From Smithellaceae bacterium (GTDB lineage Bacteria > Desulfobacterota > Syntrophia > Syntrophales > Smithellaceae), in the NCBI GenBank assembly GCA_963667845.2, contig CAXXVL010000002.1, positions 2,816,001-2,880,000 on the forward strand: a stretch of DNA of 64,000 bases, written 5' to 3'. The position numbers and the translations under genes are program-made. This document shows positions 11,125-20,778 of the stretch, one piece after another (position 1 is the stretch's first letter; every line of letters begins with the position of its first letter). Below the pieces are notes generated by a model. That model did no database searches, was not told the DNA's origin, and saw only the letters and a program-made list of their open reading frames with translations.

Positions 11125-11247
11125 AATGATTCTCCGATAATAATGTCGGGTCTCAACAACCGCTGGAATTTAATCCTGCTCACGCGGGACGAGCGTTAAT
11201 TCTCCTCAGCTTGCTGCGAGGGAGTTGATTGCCCGCGACTGTTTTCC

Positions 11248-11276
11248 TTTTTGCATAATTACAAATTATGTCAACA
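11248..11276. promoter_or_regulatory. dif-like inverted repeat upstream of xerD
   Basis: TTTTTGCATAA-TTACAAA-TTATGTCAACA resembles XerC-arm/spacer/XerD-arm, but with a 7 bp rather than 6 bp spacer. Confidence 0.35.
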
Positions 11277-11318
11277 AAAAAACTTTACTTCATGGTCATA
11301 TTTGCGTAAAAAACGTCC

Positions 11319-12206
11319 ATGCGCGAATTGTTGGATCGGTATTATAATCATCTTCTCATCGAAAAGGGAGCAGCCGGGAATACGCTCGAAGCCTACAGTC
11401 GGGATTTAAAGCGGTTTGTAACCTTTCTGGAAGAGAAGGGGTTATCCGATGTGCGCGCGGTCAGCTCCCAGCATGTTATCGATTTTCTTGTCCAAATCAA
11501 AGAGGAAGGATTATCCGCCAATTCCATGAATCGGTGTCTGGCGGCGCTCCGGGGATTTTATAAGTTTCTTTTGCAGGAAAAGGCGGTGGATGAGTCACCT
11601 CTCGCCCACATCGAACTCGCCAAGGTCTGGATGCGTCTGCCCGATACCGTGAGCAAAGAGGAGATGAATTCCATTTTGTCTCAACCCGGAGATCAGACGC
11701 CCGCGGCGATGAGAGACACTGCGATGCTGGAGCTGCTTTACGCCACGGGTTTGCGTGTATCAGAGCTCGCCTCGCTGACGATGAACAGTTTCAACTGGCA
11801 GGTCGGTTTTCTGGTGGTCATGGGGAAGGGCAGCAAGGAAAGGGTTGTCCCCGTCGGCAAAACTGCTTATGATTGCGTGCGACGTTATGTGGATGAGGCG
11901 AGGCCGAAGCTTGTGAAATCAAAAACGACCGATGTACTATTCCTGAATCGTTTCGGAGGGGCGTTTACGCGACAGGGGCTCTGGAAATTGATCATCCGCT
12001 ACGCGCAAAAAGCGGGCTTGCAAAAAAATGTTCATCCGCATACATTCCGTCATTCCTTCGCGTCTCATCTTCTGGAGGGAGGAGCGGATTTGCGTGCCGT
12101 GCAGGTGATGCTGGGACATTCCGACATTTCAACCACGCAGATCTATACGCATGTTACCAGAGAGCGGCTGAAGGAGATTCATCGGAAATATCATCCAAGG
12201 GGTTAA
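11319..12206 (+). CDS. xerD: Tyrosine recombinase XerD
   Basis: NTLEAY..DL SAM-like N-terminus, LLYATGLRVSEL, GKGSKERVVP, HPHTFRHSFASHLL, LGHSDISTTQIYTH, C-terminal HPRG. Confidence 0.93.
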   Translation: MRELLDRYYNHLLIEKGAAGNTLEAYSRDLKRFVTFLEEKGLSDVRAVSSQHVIDFLVQIKEEGLSANSMNRCLAALRGFYKFLLQEKAVDESPLAHIELAKVWMRLPDTVSKEEMNSILSQPGDQTPAAMRDTAMLELLYATGLRVSELASLTMNSFNWQVGFLVVMGKGSKERVVPVGKTAYDCVRRYVDEARPKLVKSKTTDVLFLNRFGGAFTRQGLWKLIIRYAQKAGLQKNVHPHTFRHSFASHLLEGGADLRAVQVMLGHSDISTTQIYTHVTRERLKEIHRKYHPRG

Positions 12207-12213
12207 ACGGAGT

Positions 12214-14190
12214 ATGCGAAAAACTGCCCGAACGGGGCCGCGGTCTAACAGAATGCTCATTACGGTGATGGTGATTGCGGGGGTTGCCATTCTGCTCCTG
12301 TCATCGTTGATTTATTTTCAACCGCGGTTTTTGCGGTCGACGACGCTTGCCGCAAACCGGGTTAAAAATGCCCTGGGTTATTATGTATTCAATAATGCCC
12401 CCCGGTTCTATTACTTACAGCTGGAAAAGAACGGCAAGGATGTCCGTGTGGACGCCGGCGAAACATTGGAGATTACGTATCGTGATGAATTTGTCATCAA
12501 AGAACTGGCAAGTGATGATCTCACGGGAAAATATATGACGGCGACGCTGGAAGGGACGGGACGGGACAAAAATCATGTGGGCGTCCTTTTTCGCGGCCTG
12601 GACTTGGTGAACCGTATCATGCAGAGCGATGCCATGGCAAAAGACACACAGGCCGTCAATGTCTATCGGATCGCCGTCCACTATAAAAAAGAGAGGATCG
12701 GTGTTATCCCGATACGCGTCGTAATCACGCCGCAAGATTGGCTTCGGTTTGCAAAAGAGTCGAGCAATGTCAACGTTCAAATTGAATATCTGAAAAAGGC
12801 CATTGCCCAAAACAGCGAAGACGTCGGTGTGCGCAAGATCCTGGCCGGCATTTATCTCAGGCATAACCGCGTGGATGAGGCGGCGGCGCTTTATGCGGAG
12901 GTTCTTAACATCAAGCCCGATGATGCCGGGGCGATGAAAGAACTGGCGCGTTGTCATCTCCAAAGCAGGCGCAATGATCAGGCCGTTAACGTCCTGTCGG
13001 GCCTGATAAAAATGCAACCGCAGGATGCGGAAGCCTATGCCATGCTGGGTCTCGCCTTCGGCCAGAAAAATCAATGGGACACGGCAGCCGGATATTTCGG
13101 TCAATCGATTAAGCTGGATCCCGCCAATCATGCAGTGAGACTGCTCCTGGCCCAGGCTTATGAAAAGGCCCGGAAAACGAATGCCGCGATCGAACAATAT
13201 CGATACCTTACCGGACATGCTGAAGATACGCATTTGGCCTGGCGCGCGCTGGGAGACATTTATCTCGGGAAAAAAGACTATCGTCAGGCCATCGAGAGTT
13301 ATTTGCAGGTTATCAAGGATAGACCGAAAGACGCCGCGGCTTACGCCAATTTGGCCACAGCTTACGCAGGTCAGGGTAAGTCAAAAGAAGAAATGCAGAA
13401 TTTAAAGAAGGCCATTGAGTTGTCTCCGGACGACCCCGTTATCCGCTTCAATATGGCATCCGCTTACGAACGGCGGAAAATGACGGATGAAGCCGTCAGT
13501 GAATACCTGCAGGTCTTGAAAAAGAGCCCTGAGGATGCCGATACTCTGGAGCGCCTGGCCGGTCTGACCCTGAAGAATAAGAAATATGACCAGGCCGTTC
13601 GTTACCTTGAAAAGCTGAGCAGGAAATCTCCGCAAAAGGCGGCCACATTTGTCAACCTGGGATTTGCCTATGGCGAAATGAAGCAATATGCCCAATCGGC
13701 TGAAAGCTATGAGAAGGCTGTCAGGATGGGTGTTAAGGATCAGACGATTTATGCAAATCTTGCGTTTACCTATACGAGGCTGGGGAAAGACAGGGAAGCA
13801 GTCTTCTATTACGAAAAGATATCCCCGCAAAACAAGAAGACCCTGAGCATGGCGGCCAACTATTACCTGAAAGAAAAACGCTACGCAGAAGCCATAAAGA
13901 ATTATCAGAAAATTGCGAAACTCGAACCCAAAAAAGCCTCGTCCTATTCCAGTTTGGGATACGCCTATGCCGCCGCCAAAAATTGGGATAAGGCCATTGA
14001 CAGCTATTTAACCGCTTTGAAGTATGACCGGGAAGACGATGAAATATACGCCAATCTCGGCGACGCTTACGAAAAAAAAGGCCTTTACCCCGAAGCGCTG
14101 AAGGCTTATAAAAACGCCTATGAGATCAACCCCAATACGTGGGCGGCGCCGAGAATTCCGCATTTGCGTATTCAACTGCTGAAGAAATAA
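12214..14190 (+). CDS. Membrane-anchored tetratricopeptide-repeat protein
   Basis: N-terminal TM helix followed by many 34-aa TPR units (A..NLG..Y...A...Y.KA). Confidence 0.88.
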   Translation: MRKTARTGPRSNRMLITVMVIAGVAILLLSSLIYFQPRFLRSTTLAANRVKNALGYYVFNNAPRFYYLQLEKNGKDVRVDAGETLEITYRDEFVIKELASDDLTGKYMTATLEGTGRDKNHVGVLFRGLDLVNRIMQSDAMAKDTQAVNVYRIAVHYKKERIGVIPIRVVITPQDWLRFAKESSNVNVQIEYLKKAIAQNSEDVGVRKILAGIYLRHNRVDEAAALYAEVLNIKPDDAGAMKELARCHLQSRRNDQAVNVLSGLIKMQPQDAEAYAMLGLAFGQKNQWDTAAGYFGQSIKLDPANHAVRLLLAQAYEKARKTNAAIEQYRYLTGHAEDTHLAWRALGDIYLGKKDYRQAIESYLQVIKDRPKDAAAYANLATAYAGQGKSKEEMQNLKKAIELSPDDPVIRFNMASAYERRKMTDEAVSEYLQVLKKSPEDADTLERLAGLTLKNKKYDQAVRYLEKLSRKSPQKAATFVNLGFAYGEMKQYAQSAESYEKAVRMGVKDQTIYANLAFTYTRLGKDREAVFYYEKISPQNKKTLSMAANYYLKEKRYAEAIKNYQKIAKLEPKKASSYSSLGYAYAAAKNWDKAIDSYLTALKYDREDDEIYANLGDAYEKKGLYPEALKAYKNAYEINPNTWAAPRIPHLRIQLLKK

Positions 14191-14211
14191 AATGAGGAGC
14201 AGGAGCAATCC

Positions 14212-15036
14212 ATGAAACAAGTGAAACTCAATAACCTGGCTTTCGGCGATCAGGCCGGATTCGTTCTCATCGCAGGTCCCTGTGTCATTGAAGATGAAGC
14301 GGCGGCGGCGGAGATAGCATCGTACCTGAAGCAACTCACGGCGAAGTTAAAAATTCCTTTCGTTTTTAAAGCCTCCTACGATAAGGCCAACCGGACATCG
14401 ATCAAGTCTTACCGGGGACCGGGACTGGAAGCCGGCTTGAAAATTTTGAAGAACATCAAAGAAAAAATCGGTGTACCCGTTCTTTCAGACGTGCACCGGT
14501 TTGAAGAAATTGACCGGGCCGCCGAGATTCTGGATGTGATGCAGGTTCCCGCCTTTCTGTGCCGTCAGACGGATTTTGTCGTGGAAATCGCGAAAAAGGC
14601 TAAAATCGTCAACGTCAAAAAAGGGCAGTTCCTGGCGCCCTGGGATGTTGCAAATATTATTGAGAAGATCAAATCGGCCGGCAATGACAACATCCTGATC
14701 ACGGAGCGAGGCGCTTCCTTCGGCTATAATAATCTGGTGTTTGATGTGCGGGCCCTGCCGATCATGAGGAAGATGGGCTATCCGGTGATTTTCGATGCGA
14801 CACATTCGGTGCAGTTGCCCGGTGGTGCAGGTACCGCTTCCGGCGGTGAACGAGACATGGTGCAGTTTCTGGCGCGCGCGGCCGTGGCGGCCGGGGTGGA
14901 TGGCATTTTTATGGAAGTCCACCCCGATCCGGAAAAAGCGCTCTGCGACGGCGCCAATTCGCTTTACCTGAATTCTCTGGAAGAGATGCTGACAACGTTG
15001 AAGCAAATTGATGAGACCGTAAGAGAGGACTATTAG
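14212..15036 (+). CDS. kdsA: KDO-8-phosphate synthase
   Basis: AGPCVIE, KASYDKANRTS, PAFLCRQTD, KKGQF, DATHSVQ.PG. Confidence 0.96.
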   Translation: MKQVKLNNLAFGDQAGFVLIAGPCVIEDEAAAAEIASYLKQLTAKLKIPFVFKASYDKANRTSIKSYRGPGLEAGLKILKNIKEKIGVPVLSDVHRFEEIDRAAEILDVMQVPAFLCRQTDFVVEIAKKAKIVNVKKGQFLAPWDVANIIEKIKSAGNDNILITERGASFGYNNLVFDVRALPIMRKMGYPVIFDATHSVQLPGGAGTASGGERDMVQFLARAAVAAGVDGIFMEVHPDPEKALCDGANSLYLNSLEEMLTTLKQIDETVREDY

Positions 15037-15090
15037 GCTGTAGGCTTAGGCCGTGGGCGAATGAACTATGAACTGAAACCAAGAGGGCTG

Positions 15091-15630
15091 ATGGAAAAGA
15101 ATATTATAGAAAAACTGAAAAAGATAAAGATGCTGATTCTGGATGTGGACGGAGTGATGACCGACGGCGGAATCATTATGGATAAAGACGGCTGCGAAAT
15201 GAAGCAATTCAATGTCCGGGACGGCCACGGCCTGATCATGCTTGAGCGATATGGGATCAAGGTTGCCATTCTTACGGGTCGCACATCAGCCGTCGTTGAG
15301 CACCGGGCGCGTGATTTAAAGATTACGGAAATTTATCAAGGGGCCTTGAATAAAAAAGAAATATTCGCACAGATTCTCAGGAAAAACAATTTGACTCCGG
15401 ACGTCATCGCCTATCTGGGTGATGACATCGTGGACATTCCTGTGCTGAAAATGGTTGGATTCCCCGCGACAGTAGCGGATGCCGTGGAGATCGTAAAAAA
15501 GACGGTGGATTACGTTACCATTCATAAGGGCGGGCAGGGAGCAGTGAGAGAAGTTTGTGAAATGCTGCTCATGGCCCAAGGATATTGGTCCCAGGTCGCG
15601 GACCGTTATGAATTTGCGGATCTCGTGTAA
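15091..15630 (+). CDS. kdsC: KDO-8-phosphate phosphatase
   Basis: DVDGVMTDG, F.VRDG.G, GDD..D, GG.GAVRE; follows kdsA; start chosen by RBS. Confidence 0.93.
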   Translation: MEKNIIEKLKKIKMLILDVDGVMTDGGIIMDKDGCEMKQFNVRDGHGLIMLERYGIKVAILTGRTSAVVEHRARDLKITEIYQGALNKKEIFAQILRKNNLTPDVIAYLGDDIVDIPVLKMVGFPATVADAVEIVKKTVDYVTIHKGGQGAVREVCEMLLMAQGYWSQVADRYEFADLV

Positions 15631-15669
15631 CCTTGCGACTCAATCACAAACCGATGTTGTGGTATTGAT

Positions 15670-15999
15670 ATGGAAATGATGTTTGCGTGGGTCTACCTGC
15701 TCATTGCCGGCCTGCTGGAAATAGGCTGGCCGCTGGGCTTCAAGCTGTCTCAAGCCACCTCGTATCGTATAACTTTTATCTTGATGGCCGTGGTCTGTAT
15801 GGCGCTAAGCGGGCTGTTTCTCTGGCTGGCGCAGCGGTCCATTCCGATCGGAACCGCTTATGCCGTCTGGACGGGAATCGGCGCGGCAGGGACTTTTTTG
15901 ATCGGTGTTCTGGCTTTTAATGATTCGGCGGCGATGATGAGAATCTTGTCTTTTCTGCTCATTGCGGCCGGCGTTATCGGCCTTAAAATTTCCGGCTAG
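15670..15999 (+). CDS. SMR-family efflux transporter (SugE/Gdx-like)
   Basis: W..L.IAGLLEIGW, IPIGTAYAVWTGIGA, GVIGLK; 4 TM. Confidence 0.88.
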   Translation: MEMMFAWVYLLIAGLLEIGWPLGFKLSQATSYRITFILMAVVCMALSGLFLWLAQRSIPIGTAYAVWTGIGAAGTFLIGVLAFNDSAAMMRILSFLLIAAGVIGLKISG

Positions 16000-16149
16000 C
16001 TGCCATCCCGACCTGCCGTAATTTCTCTGTGATCGGCGGATTTATCGTGAGTAAATCGCTTGTCCCTGAATAGCTTTACAGAGACGATGGCGAATGGTAT
16101 AAAGAATCCACACGCGCCTGGAAATTAGCCCTGGCAGGCATGAGGAAAG

Positions 16150-16704
16150 ATGAAACTGAGTAAAAAAGCAAAAATAATTACGATCATTCTCATCGTTTCC
16201 GTGCTGGCCGCAGCGGTTATTTTCGCTATTATACAGGTAACCGGAGGAAAAAAGGCAAATATCATAAAAATATTGCCCAATGAAGCGGATGTTCGGATAC
16301 AGGATTTTGTTTATACGGAAGTCGGTCAGGACATGATCCGCTGGGAAGTGAAAGCAAAAAGCGCGCAATATCAAAAAAAGCTGAATCTTGCTCTGTTCGA
16401 TCAGGTTCAGATAAAATTGACCACGAAAGATGGCAAGATATTTACAATGAAGGGTGATAAAGGTGAGATGCTGACGGATAAAAAGGATGTTGAAATAAAA
16501 GGACATGTGCTGATTACATCCAATGAAGGTGATCAGTTTACGACTGATTACCTGAAGTACAGCGATGCTCAAAAAAGAATCTACACCGATGCTCCCGTTG
16601 CCATGGAAAGCAAACGAATCAAAATGCGGGGAGTCGGCTTGTCTATTCTCATGAACAAAGGAGAACTGACGGTTGCTTCCGGTGTGAAAGCTGAAATTAA
16701 TTGA
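16150..16704 (+). CDS. lptC: LPS export protein LptC
   Basis: Single N-terminal TM plus beta-rich domain (TDAPV); position before lptA/lptB. Confidence 0.85.
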   Translation: MKLSKKAKIITIILIVSVLAAAVIFAIIQVTGGKKANIIKILPNEADVRIQDFVYTEVGQDMIRWEVKAKSAQYQKKLNLALFDQVQIKLTTKDGKIFTMKGDKGEMLTDKKDVEIKGHVLITSNEGDQFTTDYLKYSDAQKRIYTDAPVAMESKRIKMRGVGLSILMNKGELTVASGVKAEIN

Positions 16705-16715
16705 TCGGACGTGAT

Positions 16716-17270
16716 ATGAATACAAAGAAAATGTATATAGCTGTTTTGTTCATTCTGTTCGCAGTGAGTTCGAATGCCATGGCCCAGATGGGTTTTGACC
16801 AAAAGAGCTTGATGCGTAAGGGTGCACCCATTGAGATTGTATCAGACAAGATGGAAGCATTTCAGGAAAAAAGGATGATCGTTTTTTCGGGAAACGCCGT
16901 TGCAACGCAGGGCGATGTCAGCATCAAGACGGATAACATCACGGTTTATTATAAGAAATCAAATGGTAAGAAAGAAAAAATCGGAAAGCAGGAAGTCGAA
17001 GTGGCAGGCGATCTCGACAAAATCGAGTTGAAAGGTCATGTCAGCATTTCGCAAAAAGATATGTCGGCAAAGGGTGATGAAGCTGTTTATTATCAGGACA
17101 GCGGACAATTCATTATGACGGGAAATCCCGTTTTACAGCAGGGCAAGAATATTATTAAAGGCTGCCGGGTCGTTATTTACGCAAATGAAAATCGCGGGAA
17201 GGTCGAGCAATGTGCGGCGGAGAATTCAGGACGGGTCACGGCAATCATTCAACCTCAGGATAAAAAATAG
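16716..17270 (+). CDS. lptA: LPS transport periplasmic protein LptA
   Basis: Signal peptide, PIEIVSD...FSGN..A.QG, GRV...I.P tail; synteny. Confidence 0.88.
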   Translation: MNTKKMYIAVLFILFAVSSNAMAQMGFDQKSLMRKGAPIEIVSDKMEAFQEKRMIVFSGNAVATQGDVSIKTDNITVYYKKSNGKKEKIGKQEVEVAGDLDKIELKGHVSISQKDMSAKGDEAVYYQDSGQFIMTGNPVLQQGKNIIKGCRVVIYANENRGKVEQCAAENSGRVTAIIQPQDKK

Positions 17271-17303
17271 ACAGGCTGACATCAAAGAGCTGATGGATAA
17301 AAG

Positions 17304-18026
17304 ATGAGTCATTTAGCGGCAAAGGGATTAATCAAAATTTATAATAAGCGGAAAGTGGTCAACCGGATTGATCTCGAAATATCACCGGGGGAAGTCGTGG
17401 GACTTCTGGGACCCAATGGCGCCGGAAAGACGACAACATTTTACATGATTGTCGGGCTGATCAAACCGGACGGCGGCGAGATATTTCTGGACGGCGAGGA
17501 TATCAGCAAATATCCTATGTATAAGCGGGCCCGGAAGGGACTGAATTATCTGCCTCAGGAACCATCTATCTTCCGCAAACTGACCGTCGAAGAAAATATA
17601 TTGGCTATTCTGGAAACACTTGATATAAACGAAGACGAGAGGCGGGAGCGGCTGAAGGAACTTCTGGGCGAATTGGATCTCACCGCCTTGGCCAAGAATC
17701 ACGCCTACTCTTTGTCCGGGGGTGAAAGGCGGAGAGTGGAAATAACCCGGGCGCTGGTTACATCTCCGAAATATATTCTCCTCGATGAACCGTTTGCCGG
17801 CATTGATCCCCTGGCCGTGGCCGACATCCAGAAGATTATCGAAAAGTTGAAAAATAAAGGCATTGGAATTATTATTTCCGATCATAACGTTCGGGAGACG
17901 CTTTGCTGTTGCGACCGAGCCTATATTGTCAATGAGGGGGCGATTCTTGTTCATGGGGAACCCGAAATCATCGCCCAGAGTGAACTGGCCAGAAAAATCT
18001 ATTTTGGTGAAGATTTTTGTTTATAA
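17304..18026 (+). CDS. lptB: LPS export ABC ATPase LptB
   Basis: GPNGAGKTTTFY, YLPQE.SIFRKL, LSGGERRRVEI, DEPFAGIDP, DHNVRETL. Confidence 0.96.
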   Translation: MSHLAAKGLIKIYNKRKVVNRIDLEISPGEVVGLLGPNGAGKTTTFYMIVGLIKPDGGEIFLDGEDISKYPMYKRARKGLNYLPQEPSIFRKLTVEENILAILETLDINEDERRERLKELLGELDLTALAKNHAYSLSGGERRRVEITRALVTSPKYILLDEPFAGIDPLAVADIQKIIEKLKNKGIGIIISDHNVRETLCCCDRAYIVNEGAILVHGEPEIIAQSELARKIYFGEDFCL

Positions 18027-18052
18027 GCAGCATGGATGTGTGAAGCGCGATT

Positions 18053-19525
18053 ATGGCTTTTGAATTAAAACAAAACCTGAAGTTATCCCAGCAGCTCATT
18101 ATGACCCCGCAACTGCAGCAGGCGATCAAGCTGCTGATCTTATCGCGCCAGGAACTTGTAGATACAATCAACCAGGAAATGGAAGAAAATCCGCTGCTGG
18201 AAGAAGTGGCGCCGGACGAGGCCAGCCCCGAGGAGGTGCGCTCTGAGGTTGAAGATGACGTCCATTCCATCGAAAAGGAAGAAAGTAAGGTCCCGGAACA
18301 TACTGCGGAGCTGACCGGCGAGGGAGACGGGCGTGAAGAATTCGACTGGAATAATTATCTGGAAGACTACGGGCCGGTCGGCGTTTCTTACGACCGGGCC
18401 GACGGCGATGCCCCCACACTGGACAATGTTTTAACGGAAAGCCCGTCGCTTACCGAGCATCTGATGTGGCAAATGAAGTTATCGCCTTTTACGGAAGATG
18501 AGATGCGCATCGGCTCCCAGATTGTCGGCAACCTGGATCCCAACGGCTATCTGTGCGCGACCCTTGAGGAAATCGCCAAACTTGAGAACGTCAGTGAAGA
18601 TCAGGTGGAGTTGATCCTGAAAAGAGTTCAGGAATTCGATCCCGCCGGGGTAGCGGCACGAAATCTCCAGGAATGCCTGCTTATTCAAGCCCGAATGTTG
18701 GTAAAAGAAAATCCGCTGCTGGAAACCATTATCCGGGATCATCTCAAAGATCTGGAATTGAAGAATTATGTTCATATTGCCCGAAAGCTGAAGGTTCCGC
18801 TTCGGGAAGTTGAAATTGCCGTTTTGCTGATCAGCAAAATGGACCCGAAGCCGGGGGCCATCTACTCAGAAGAAAAAATCCAAGCGATCGTCCCGGACGT
18901 CTATGTTGTGAAATCCGGAGACGACTACAAAATTATCCTCAATGACGATGGATTGCCGCGCCTGCGAATCAGTAATTTCTACCGCGAAATTATGGCCGGC
19001 GTCGGCGGCCGGGACCACGCGGAAGAAGAAAACGGTAAGAAATACATCCGGGACAAAGTTCAATCGGCTACCTGGCTGATTAAGAGTATTCAGCAGAGGC
19101 AGAAAACGATCTATAAAGTCGCCGAAAGCATCCTCAAGCATCAGAGAGATTTCTTTGATTACGGAATAGACCACCTGAAACCGCTTGTCTTGAGGAATAT
19201 TGCGGATGACGTGGAGATGCATGAATCAACGATCAGCCGTGTGGTGACGAACAAATATATGCATTCCCATCGCGGCATCTTTGAAATGAAGTATTTTTTC
19301 GGCAGTTCCATTCATAGAACATCCGGAGAAAATATTGCCTCCAAGAGTGTCAAAGAAGAAATAAAACAATTGGTTGGCAAAGAAGATCCGAAAAAACCAT
19401 ACAGCGATTGTGAAATCGTTGATCTGCTCAAAGCCAAGGGAATAGATATCGCGAGGCGAACGGTTGCTAAGTACAGGGAAATGATCGGAATATTGCCGTC
19501 ATCCAAAAGGAAGAAATATTTTTAA
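18053..19525 (+). CDS. rpoN: RNA polymerase sigma-54 factor
   Basis: MTPQLQQAIKLL, HESTISR, RpoN box ARRTVAKYRE. Confidence 0.97.
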   Translation: MAFELKQNLKLSQQLIMTPQLQQAIKLLILSRQELVDTINQEMEENPLLEEVAPDEASPEEVRSEVEDDVHSIEKEESKVPEHTAELTGEGDGREEFDWNNYLEDYGPVGVSYDRADGDAPTLDNVLTESPSLTEHLMWQMKLSPFTEDEMRIGSQIVGNLDPNGYLCATLEEIAKLENVSEDQVELILKRVQEFDPAGVAARNLQECLLIQARMLVKENPLLETIIRDHLKDLELKNYVHIARKLKVPLREVEIAVLLISKMDPKPGAIYSEEKIQAIVPDVYVVKSGDDYKIILNDDGLPRLRISNFYREIMAGVGGRDHAEEENGKKYIRDKVQSATWLIKSIQQRQKTIYKVAESILKHQRDFFDYGIDHLKPLVLRNIADDVEMHESTISRVVTNKYMHSHRGIFEMKYFFGSSIHRTSGENIASKSVKEEIKQLVGKEDPKKPYSDCEIVDLLKAKGIDIARRTVAKYREMIGILPSSKRKKYF

Positions 19526-19671
19526 AGTCCGCACTTTAAAATAGCCGATGAAATAAATATATTAGTCGAAATAGCGTTTGACTTTTGGATTGGCCGCCAC
19601 TATACGACTAACCTTTGTGACTGGTGGCGGCTGGGTGTATTGGCTGCCTAATTTAACGAGGAGGAAGAATA

Positions 19672-20205
19672 ATGAACATTTCGGTAACTTTCAGAACAAG
19701 TGAAGGTGAAACCTGGCAAAAAAGCTACGTCGAGGAAAGAATCGCTAGATTGAAAAGATATCTGGATGTGCCTGCCGAAGCCCATATTATCCTTTCCACG
19801 GAAAAGTTTCGCAATGTTGCGGAAATTAATCTAAGTGCCAACGGCTGGAATATGAATGCCAAGGAAGAAGCCAAGGACATGCACCTGGCCGTGGACAATT
19901 GCATCGATAAGATTGAGAAACAACTCAAGAAACAGCGAGAAAAGAATAGAGAGCACAAGCCGAGAAGTATTCGCCATGCGGCGGCCAAGCCTGCCGAAGG
20001 CGTGGAAGAAGACGAAGATGCAACTGCAAAAGTAGTGGAGACCCGGAAGATTGTCTTAAAACCCATGTCACTCGAGGAGGCTGTGCTGGAGCTGGAAGGC
20101 AACACAGCCCGTTTTCTGATTTATCGTGACACCGCTTCGGAAAAAGTAAGCCTGATCTATCGTCTGGAAGACGGCAACTTCGCCCATATCGAGACGAACA
20201 GCTAA
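19672..20205 (+). CDS. hpf: Ribosome hibernation promoting factor (long HPF)
   Basis: S30AE domain plus KPMS.EEA C-terminal domain; directly after rpoN. Confidence 0.88.
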   Translation: MNISVTFRTSEGETWQKSYVEERIARLKRYLDVPAEAHIILSTEKFRNVAEINLSANGWNMNAKEEAKDMHLAVDNCIDKIEKQLKKQREKNREHKPRSIRHAAAKPAEGVEEDEDATAKVVETRKIVLKPMSLEEAVLELEGNTARFLIYRDTASEKVSLIYRLEDGNFAHIETNS

Positions 20206-20310
20206 GCGGCTTTTTTACCTTCATCAGAGGAACACGAAAACCAGTTTCCCCTTGGATAAAGAAGGAGGAGGTAAAGACGACGTTCCGGATTTCAATTTCA
20301 GGTGTAACAC

Positions 20311-20778
20311 ATGCGGCTGCATCAAATTTTAAAGGAAGAATTTCTCAGCGATAATCTTTTGTCCGACAATAAGCAGGATGTGCTTGCGGAGTTGATTAAT
20401 GTGCTGATCGCGAGCGGTCTTCCCATGGACAAAGCCAAGGCGATCGACGTACTGCAGCAAAGAGAGAAACTGGGATCAACGGGCATCGGCGACGGCGTCG
20501 CCATTCCGCACGGCAAGGTATCCGACCTTCCGAATCTGGTTATTGCCTTTGGACGCAGCAAGAAAGGGATTCCTTTTGATGCCGTTGACGGGAAGCCGGT
20601 GCATCTGTTCTTCCTCCTGATGGCTCCGGAGAATTCGACAGGGCAACATCTGAAAGTGCTTGCGAAAATTTCGAAGCTTTTGAAAACACCCGAATTTCGC
20701 AGGAAGCTGATTGACGCGAAAACAACAAGCGATTTATACAAGGCAATCATTGTGCAAGATGAGTCTTGTCGAACATAA
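20311..20778 (+). CDS. ptsN: PTS EIIA(Ntr)-like protein
   Basis: RE.LGSTGIG.GVAIPHG phosphorylation motif; rpoN operon context. Confidence 0.9.
   Translation: MRLHQILKEEFLSDNLLSDNKQDVLAELINVLIASGLPMDKAKAIDVLQQREKLGSTGIGDGVAIPHGKVSDLPNLVIAFGRSKKGIPFDAVDGKPVHLFFLLMAPENSTGQHLKVLAKISKLLKTPEFRRKLIDAKTTSDLYKAIIVQDESCRT

Noticed and set aside
11165..11226. Small hairpins including CCTCAGCTTGCTGCGAGG upstream of rpiB
   Set aside because: Resembles short palindromic repeats seen near IS200/IS605-type elements, but single, degenerate and with no transposase; too weak to call.
11319..12206. xerD as the integrase of the cassette array
   Set aside because: Typical housekeeping XerD (295 aa, HPRG end), no IntI-specific insertion evident, 31 kb away among core genes.
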